Part shown: positions 54,986 through 64,000 of the stretch, one piece after another | Numbering within the stretch: the first letter of the stretch is position 1 | Layout: every line of letters begins with the position of its first letter | From: the human T2T-CHM13v2.0 reference genome, Homo sapiens | DNA: 64,000 bases | Strand: one strand, 5' to 3' | NCBI RefSeq assembly: GCF_009914755.1 | Contig: NC_060925.1 | Position numbers and translations under genes: made by a program | Notes under the pieces: model-generated | What the model was told of the DNA's origin: nothing | Seen by the model: only the letters and a program-made list of their open reading frames with translations | Database searches by the model: none

Positions 54986-57944
54986 TAATCTCCATTTCTC
55001 TCTCATATATCTATATTTATCTATCCATATATATGTACCTATATATATCAAATATGAAGATATGTTTATAGCAATTGCATATACATAGAGAGATAGTATG
55101 TAGTATGAAGAGAGACATAGATATTATTCTTCATTTTAGAATGTTATCTTGGTATGTTTAAAAGGAAAAACTTAAGATGTGTTGCAATTGCAGTATGAGT
55201 TTCAGGTATGTACATGTTATGTGTGTGTGTGAGAGACACACACAAACACATTTCAAACATGTTTTATGTTTAAGCTCAATATTCAAACACAGAAATATAA
55301 CATCTATTCTTAGTATGTTTTATGTAAGTACAGCAGCAGCATTATTAAATACTGTATTTCTATGGTGATTGAAAATTAGTAGGCAGAGAATTTTTGTAAT
55401 GGCTCTTAATAATTTTTGTAATAGTAAATGATTACTTTTTGTTTAGTATAGTTTTATAATCTATACATGAATAAAGTGGATATTTCTATTCATATAGAAA
55501 TGTGATTTACTCTCATGTACTTATCTACATGCTAAAACCATAAGTTATCAATTTTAGTTCTGTGCCAAGGCACTTTTACTGAATAAAAATAATCAGCTAA
55601 TTTTATATTTTCCTGATTCAAATTTATATGCCTGTGTAATGTTCCGGGATTTTTTTTTTTAATTTCTGTAAATCAGAATATTCAGATGTTGAAAAAGTCT
55701 TTGCCTTCAGATTTAAAAGATACCTTTGAAATGTAGCATATCCCAAAATGCAACCCAGAGGCTGGCAATGTCAACATTTTTCTGTTTTAAAAAACCTCTT
55801 ATGAAAACTATTGCCATACTAAATTTTTTACTTGCTGATGACTTACAGCTGGAAAGGATTCTGTACATATAAGACATCAAATATTGAGGATACTGGAACT
55901 TTTAAATTAATGGAAAAGAAAGTCAACAAAGGAAGTTCATATGAAATCAAACTAGTAATATGATTACAAAAAAAAAAAGTTTAAAATTTTTCTTGGCCCC
56001 AGTCTTATCATTTCTGAGCCAAATACAATTCTATCGAAATCACCTGAAACTGAAATCACCATTCTAGGCTGGTTTTCCCATAAAGATGGACTGCTCCAAA
56101 AAGAGGAATCAAGAAAGAATTTGGCTAATTATTCACTTTGTCTTAGTTAAGTAAAAATAAAATCTGACTGTTAACTACAGAAATCATTTCAAATTCTGTG
56201 GTGATAATAAAGTAATGACCGCTTTTCAGCTGGAGGGACTAACTTTTTTTTTTTTTTGCTGCATATATAGCTGTGGTACATTTTAATGTGAAATGATGAC
56301 TGCATCAGCTTATATCCATGGAGCAGATTTTAGCATTCAGCTTGGGTCTCCCAGTCAATATCTACGAGTCTCTTCTTAAGGAGATCGATGACACAGATAC
56401 ATACAGACTAACAAATGTGATACCAATAATCAAGAATTCACTCAGTTAAGATTTTGCCCACTGATTTCCACACAAGAAACCTAGAATTTACTAGATTCTT
56501 GTGCCTGTGAGGCTCCACTCATTTCCCTGAATCACAAAAGCTACAGAGTATTTAGATAGAAATATACCTACTCTTAACATGAACCATTTTAAATATATGT
56601 ATTACTGTGTCCACAGGAGTACACTTTAAAGCAGGGACTTCACTCTTCAATCTCTCCAATCACGTGTTACCTAAAGTGGCATGTGGTTCCCTAAAGCTTA
56701 ATAACTGACATTGCCTTAAAAAAGGGGTTTGCTTCCCGACTAATGTGGAAAAAGTCTGAAAAATGATTTTAAATCTTTCACTAAATTTCTCATTTGGTCA
56801 CGTGGAGGAAAATGATTTCACCAAATAGATACTCTCATTAATTTTTTAATGTAATTTATCAAAGAAATGAAATATTTAGATAAATTCCAGATTTCCCCCA
56901 CCATGAGCTTCTCCGAAAGTATACTCCATCACAGACTGCTCACTAAGAAGCTCTACTGCAGTCAAAGTGACCGAATTTAAGGGGACATAATGACTACTTC
57001 TGCTACACAGAAACATTATCCATCTCTAACACTTCCCTATGAGACAGAAGACGGACTTCTAATCAGGTACCAGAGAGGGCTCTGCCAACTTCAGGGCTTT
57101 GATGAATAAGAATGGTTCAGAGCGCTCATCATAAATGAATTCAGTATAACTGAGTGAGAAAGTGAGAGAACCAGAGAAATAAATCCTCATGTAGAAAATT
57201 TAGGGGCATGAAATGCCAAATGCCAGTTAACCAAAGCTTTCTTTGTCATAAAGCAACTTCTATAAAAATTGCTGAAAATAAATTCTTCATGGCTCAATGT
57301 GAATCAGTAATTTCCATTTCTATTACACTTTTGTTTACCCAAAAACTATTTTTAATGACTAAGACTCAGAGTTTGCCAGAGTGTTTTCCACAAAACAACT
57401 GTTTTGAGATACTCCAGATCTGTAATCAAGTAAGTCTGAAAAACCCCAAATACCTCACTCACCTCTTGGATATGCATAAAGCACACTAATATATAACGTT
57501 CTAAAAAGCCAATCATTAAAACTGTTTTATATTGTTTAAGCATTTCCTAGACATATTTGGCTACAAATCTAACATCTAATTAAACAGTTTGGGAAATGCC
57601 ATCACATAATGTAGGAATATTACTAGTCATTTAAGAAACTAGAAAATATTTACTATATTCTAGGCAGTTGGCTAGCAGTTGGAGTTCTAGTCTCTAAACA
57701 AAATACTGACTTATTTCTGTGACTTTTTTCTTTTAAGCAGCTCTGTGCTTCACAATTTGTTTTTCCTGGTTTGTTTTCCACTTTTGTCTGTACTTTATTC
57801 CTTCACAGATGTGAAAGGCTAACAAATGTAAACTAGTTATATTAATCAGCCTCTGCCTCAGTTCTACACTTCAAATACAGTATATACTCTATCAACAATT
57901 CTTGGATAATAACAACCTGTACTTGTTTTTCAAACAATAAAACA

Positions 57945-58254
<310 letters not shown>

Positions 58255-58849
58255 CTAACTACAGCACTTCAGAGTTAGTTGACAAATCCACCTTTTCAAT
58301 CTACATTTCAAAATGTTCAGAAAGACACCATCCTAGGGGAAGTCAACCAGCAGCAACCTCTCTGCTAATTTTTGTACACAGAAACTTGACCTGACTGCAC
58401 AAAGATTTCAATAGATGTCTCCCTCTAAAATTAATATTGGATGATTTGTCATCTTCCATTTAATACCAAAAGGGTATCAGCCACAAACTGAAATATCACT
58501 CATATGCAAATAAATAACATTCAAGACTTTTATCGTTGTGGTTATTAATCTTGTAATGGATGGACATAAATCTATTTACATTCTCATCCTATCCTCAAAT
58601 TTCACTATCCTCTCCTCTCATTCTTACTTTGTTCTACTCATTTTCTCACTCTATCCTCCTATGCATAAAATATTATGTATTCTAATGAACAGAGATACCA
58701 TTCATGGGCAAGGAAAAAACACAATGAACTGCTCTTTATAATAAAAACCATGATCTTGACACAGATATTATCAATCAATAAACTTTACACAGCTTTACAC
58801 TAAATTAATACAAACTGCTGATGAGTGGGTGGGGGGGGTCACTAAGCAA

Positions 58850-59420
58850 ACAGAAGCATGTAGGTGTTAGGAAGCACGAGAAACATATATCAGTGGGTAG
58901 GGAAGGCAGCTCTCAAAGGCCAAGAATATAAGTTTTAGGTCTATATGGAAAAAGCTGTGGTCACATTCGAAGGCTTCTGAACAGAAGAATGATTAATTTC
59001 ATGCTTAAAGAGTTCAGGTGTAAATAAACTGGATGGATAAGAAACTCAAAATCAAGAATTTTAAGACACTGGGTTAAGGTGATTGAGCTAAGTCAAAGCC
59101 AACAGGGCATGGGCTAAATATTGACATGGGATGGGATGAAGAGGCCAACAATGTTTCAAAGTAGAGGTTGCCGGAGCTTCAGGAACCAGAAGAGGAAGAC
59201 TTGAGGTGAAATCTGAAACTGCAATCCCCATGCCTGGCTCAAAAGATGTGATACTGACTAGGAAAAGGCTGGAGAGAGAAGCTTCTTTTAAAGAGGTAAT
59301 AAGGGATTGTTTTGATGTGCTGGGTTGAGGTGAAAATGACAAATATTCAGGTGGAAGTGTCCAGCATTCAAGTAGGATAACTTGGAACAGAAAGCCCAAA
59401 TTATGTCATGGTGAAATGAG
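58850..59420 (-). mobile_element. L2 fragment
   Basis: gaaggcttctgaacagaagaatga, aatattcaggtggaagtgtccagc. Confidence 0.5.
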
Positions 59421-61142
59421 GATAATGTCTTATTAATAAAAACACGTCTTACTAGTCTTTCCTGGGGAACATGAAAGATAGAATTTCAGAAATTTAGAGA
59501 ATGAAAAAGGAAAGATTACAAGGCAATAAGTTGATTAAAATAGACTAAAATAAACTAATCAGTGGCAGCTATCTTAAAGCAAGATATATCTTCTACAGCA
59601 CGATCTACCCAAATGCAAATCTGGGCAGAGAAATACAAAATATTTTTAGGACTGACAAAATTTCAGCTATCTGTCTTTTTAAAAATGCTGCAGAGAGAAA
59701 TTTAGATGGATTGGACAAATATTTGCATAAGGATTCCACAGCCAACGTACACAATTTTCCAACTACTATGGTTAGCACTGGGCTCAGGCACTACCTTTGC
59801 CAACCAGCAGATTTTCAGTATTGCCCCTGGCAGACATCCCACTAGCAATCTCTCCCCATTCCCAAACATTCCCAACTATTCTAGTCATGCCAATTCAACC
59901 AATGTCCCTTAAGCCTTACATAAACATTGACTTACACCGAAATGTATCCTATGGCTCTTACTAACTGTAACTTACTTAAATCACCCAAGCCTCTGTTTTC
60001 CCTGCTATAAAATGTAAAATAGCTGACAAAATACCTATTTGTATTTTTTGGAAACACGGGATAAAGCAAGGCAAGCAAAAAGAACAGCAGAGACAATGCT
60101 TAATAAATATCCTAGTAGGATCACCTTAATCCATGAAGAAAATGGAGTTTAATTTTTTTAATACAAAAAAACTCAATGAAGTTATACTTACGTTAAATTG
60201 GTGGTTATTTTAGGTCAGTGGTTTTAAAACTCAACAATGAAACTGTTTTCAAAAAGAGTTGTTATACAGAACAGAAAAAAGCAGCCACAATTTTAAAAAA
60301 GATATGAAGACCCAGATTCTGACTAACTCATTCAGCTCCCTTCATACTCCCTCCCCACAGCCACCCCAGCTCCTGAGGCAGGTTCCCAGGGCTCCAAGGA
60401 ACATACTTTTAAAAAATCAGTATTTTGAATATATAATAAGTGATGTAACTTAAAAGTATGGTGAGAAAGTCCCATTGCCAAGAGAAACATGTTAATTTTT
60501 TATTTAAAAAATCATCACTCTTTTCATTGTGACATCTTGAAGAACGCTGAATGGCTTCAAAATAACTGCATATGCCAAGATTTCTGGAGTGGGCACGTTT
60601 GATCTTCTTTCATAATGAAAACTGACAAACCTTTTTAGGGGGATAGTATTGTTTCTTCACTCTCCCCCCTCCTCACCCCTGCACACACATACATTTCTCC
60701 TTCCTGGGGAACTCCAAAGAAAACAAAGGCCCTTTAGCAATCAAGTAGATTGTCTCTCTTGATGGCATCCCATGAGTTATGGAATTACATACTGCAGGCC
60801 CCGGTGGATTAGGGCCCCTAGAAAGTTTGCTTGATCAACAGAGTGCTGTTGATTTTTTCAACTGAATTAATTACTCTTGGAGTCCAAACTCTCCAGTGTG
60901 CCACAGTCCTCATCACTTCCTGTATCTTAAATATTGCATTATCTGTCCCCTAAAAGTATTTGAACATGTGACCCAGAGAAGAGGACTTACAACTTGACTA
61001 GGCAACTTCTGTCACACTGGATTCATATGAAATTCCACTGCAAGTGACATCACCAGATCGGGGACCCTGAAGTGTTTGAGTATCTTCTCCACATCTGGTC
61101 ATTTAGGCTAAGAAATTCCTTCTTGTCTACCAGGTCTTTTAG

Positions 61143-61510
61143 CATTCATTTTGTAAGTCATTCAACACCTACTTACTGAGAAGGAATACTGGGCTAGACA
61201 GTGTGCTAGGGGCTGGGGAAACCGCAATGCATAGGAGAGAATTCCCATCTCCAAGAGGCTCACAGTCAAACAGACATAAATAGGTGATTACAATATACAC
61301 TAACAACATAGTTTTAGAAACAACTAGCAGAATTATATAGACGAAGATGCCAGGAAAGGCTTCTCAGAGAATCTGGCTTGGCAAATATCTCAACAAAGAG
61401 GGCTGAGCAGGGATGAGCTGAAGGAGAGGATGGAAAGTAGGTTGTGGGTGAGTTTTCCAGGCAGCATGTGCAAAGGTCCAGGAGAAAGAGGAAGGAGCCT
61501 GTACTTGGAG
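61143..61510 (-). mobile_element. L2 3' end
   Basis: cattcaacacctacttactgag...gtgtgctaggggctgggga...cagcatgtgcaaaggtccagg. Confidence 0.7.
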
Positions 61511-62799
61511 GAATATTCGATTACTATTATCAGTGTCACACTTGCTATTCATCTAGACAGAAGCTCCTGAAACAAAAAGGATACACTTCAAAAGATGCCA
61601 ATATATCCATGACCACACAAAAGAGTGTCTAGTCATATAATAAAGGGTGTACATATGCAGGCAACTCACATCCTGCCAAATATTAAATTTCTAATTTTAT
61701 TATAATTTCTAATAAAACATTAGATTTATTATTATACAGAGTCATACTCCTTGATTGGGAAACTCTCAACACAATAAACATTCTTTAGTCTCATGTCTTT
61801 TCTAAAGGAAAGAAATTAATGTTATATTCTTGGGTGAAAAAAAATGTGAGGTCTCAAAAGAGTATAATACAATTTGGGGATGCATATATATTTTACATGT
61901 ATATAGACACATAAAAATCTAAAAGAATAAATTTTAATATGTTAACAGAAGACAGAAGTCATGTATTTTTTACTTTCTTCTTTTTGGCATATCTCTTTTT
62001 CTAACTTTTTTTTTTCTTTTTACAAAAAACAATTGTTATTTGTGTACTTTTAAAACCTCACAGTAATATTTTCACACTACCTTCTTGGCTGAAAGTTCAC
62101 ACTCGGAATTCCAGAGCAGTCCATGGCCAGGCCCACTGGGCTCCCCTTGCTCTCTCCTTGGCTTTGGTAACCACTGGCCCCAGGGACTCAGCCTGCTTTC
62201 CTATCCATCCCCTCAGTAGCTGTCACCATGCAGGTTACCCCTTCTGTTTCTTCTACCACTAACTCCATGTCTGACTGCAAGTGAAAGGAACAGAAGCCCA
62301 AACCTTTGGGTTTTAAGGAGTTTATTGCTAATCTGTAAAACAGAAAGAGACAGGAGATAAGCATGACAAAATATAGGGAAGAAATGACTTTTGCCTAAAC
62401 TTCCAAACTGTGTACAATTGAAGCCTCTGCTTTATAGCTCTTAGCACACCTCTCAAATAAGAAGGCAGTACTGGGAAGGCTCTGAACCTGTGGCAGAACC
62501 ACTGATAGCTGTGGAGCTATTCCAAGGAGTCTGGGAATCAGGGGGATTATCAAGATCATTGTTAGAATAAATTAATCTTACTGTATATATAGCAGAAGTT
62601 TTCAAGCATATGTAAATGCTACTAATAACCAAATAATTACACCTTGTTTTTCTTTAAACTGTAACTCTCAAGTATGTCTCTACAAAATTTTTTGATGGTA
62701 GTGTCTGCATGCTCAAAAAGCTTGAAAACACTACTGGAGAAGAAGGTCTCGGGAGTGTGATGAAATACGTTTACATGGCAGCTTCATCATTTAATTGGT

Positions 62800-62865
62800 G
62801 AAAGTGACTATGTGTCTTAAACTCTCTGAGCCTCAGTTTGCACATCCAAAAGCAAGGATATAATT
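62800..62865 (+). mobile_element. MIR core fragment
   Basis: cttaaactctctgagcctcagttt. Confidence 0.55.
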
Positions 62866-63654
62866 CCATGAACCTTTCCACCTCAAGTCCACAAGGCAGA
62901 ATAGCAAGATGTTAACTGCCACTCTGAGGACCACCAAATAAAAGGACAATTTATTAGGCCACTTGCCAGCATGGACACAATCGACTCTTGGCATTTCTTA
63001 TTATCCACAGAAAAATTAAAAGTATAAATGTAGAACAAAATTATCGTGTTTTTTTTAATAGTAACATGTAAGATCAATCTTTGTCTTTAAAATACCGTGT
63101 ATCTCATTCTTGGAAAGCGTCAAAATGAAAATGGTATAGTAAGTTTTATCTACAACTTGAATTAAAATTATTCTTGAAATACGTTCTGAATGGTTAGATG
63201 AAATGGTAATTAAATACAAATAGAGATAATCATATACTCTCTCTCCATAAGGCTCCCACCTCCTTCAATGAAGTCTAGTTCACCTAAAATGACACTATTA
63301 ACATTAATTCAATATTCTAAGTTGATAAGCACATTAAATCAAAACACAGCAAGATTATTTTAAGAGTCTGACTGAAATGTCAGGATGAGAAATAGATTAA
63401 TAAATATTGGCTTCTAATGTCGGTAATGAAAACAAACACGTTATTTTCAGAAAATAAAACGTCTTCGCCATTAGGTACAAATCATAAAGGGATTATCTAC
63501 GGTTACTACACTGTAACAACTTTTTACATATTGTATTATAGAACAAGCTTTTGAGAAGACAAAGCAACACATCAGCAGTTTAACCAATTGTCTTTCTCTT
63601 TTAACAGGCTGGTCTACATTAGATTAGATATAAAAGGCCCAGGTATTACTTGTG

Positions 63655-63684
63655 TTCGATCTTAGCCAAATGGCTGAGAAACAT
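63655..63684 (-). pseudogene. 3'-truncated U2 snRNA retro-fragment (nt about 1-30)
   Basis: Reverse complement atgtttctcagccatttggctaagatcgaa versus U2 ATCGCTTCTCGGCCTTTTGGCTAAGATCAA; ccaggta direct repeats at 63639 and 63685. Confidence 0.75.
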
Positions 63685-64000
63685 CCAGGTACATTTAAAT
63701 CAGTGACAAAAGAAAACATTATCCCTTAGTAAAATTACATAAAATAGGAAACATCTCTTACTTTAAGAGCAACCATGGTACTTGTTCCTATGGTGAAAAC
63801 TGATGTTATCTCGATTAGTTAATTATTCATCCCAACACCTGGTCTTGCTCCCTTTTCCACCTCTAGCTATGTTAACACTAGAGTTCAGTAATTTGCTGAT
63901 AAAGAATCTTAACTGCAGTATCTAACAGATCTTAGTGATTAAGCATATGACTTACTCTTTGTACAGATAAGTAAACTGAGGCCAAAAGAACTGAGGTATC

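Overview
Primate, almost certainly human, genomic DNA. It contains no convincing conserved protein-coding gene and no prokaryotic-type system. The left half (about 7-32 kb) is a duplicated small-RNA gene cluster. It holds at least 11 tRNA-derived sequences (Val, Gly, His, Glu, Asn bodies, from near-intact to fossil), a diverged U1 snRNA variant that keeps its PSE and 3' box, a CpG island, a FAM231-type orphan ORF and a SNU13 (NHP2L1) processed pseudogene. This combination resembles, from memory and unchecked, the chr1 1q21/1p36 tRNA-U1 segmental duplications. The most striking signals are two anticodon-switched tRNA genes. One is a Glu-TTC body whose anticodon loop appears to have been flipped by a hairpin micro-inversion to read GAA (Phe). 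The other is a Gly-CCC body carrying CAC (Val). Old direct and inverted duplications inside the window supply the ancestral states. The rest comprises an old L1, a truncated ERV1 provirus (LTR-PBS-gag-pro-pol), many Alus and solo LTRs, a young twin-primed L1PA2, a tiny U2 retro-fragment and a long AT-rich, repeat-poor tract of unknown origin. Repeat subfamily names and boundaries are by-eye estimates from remembered consensus sequences.
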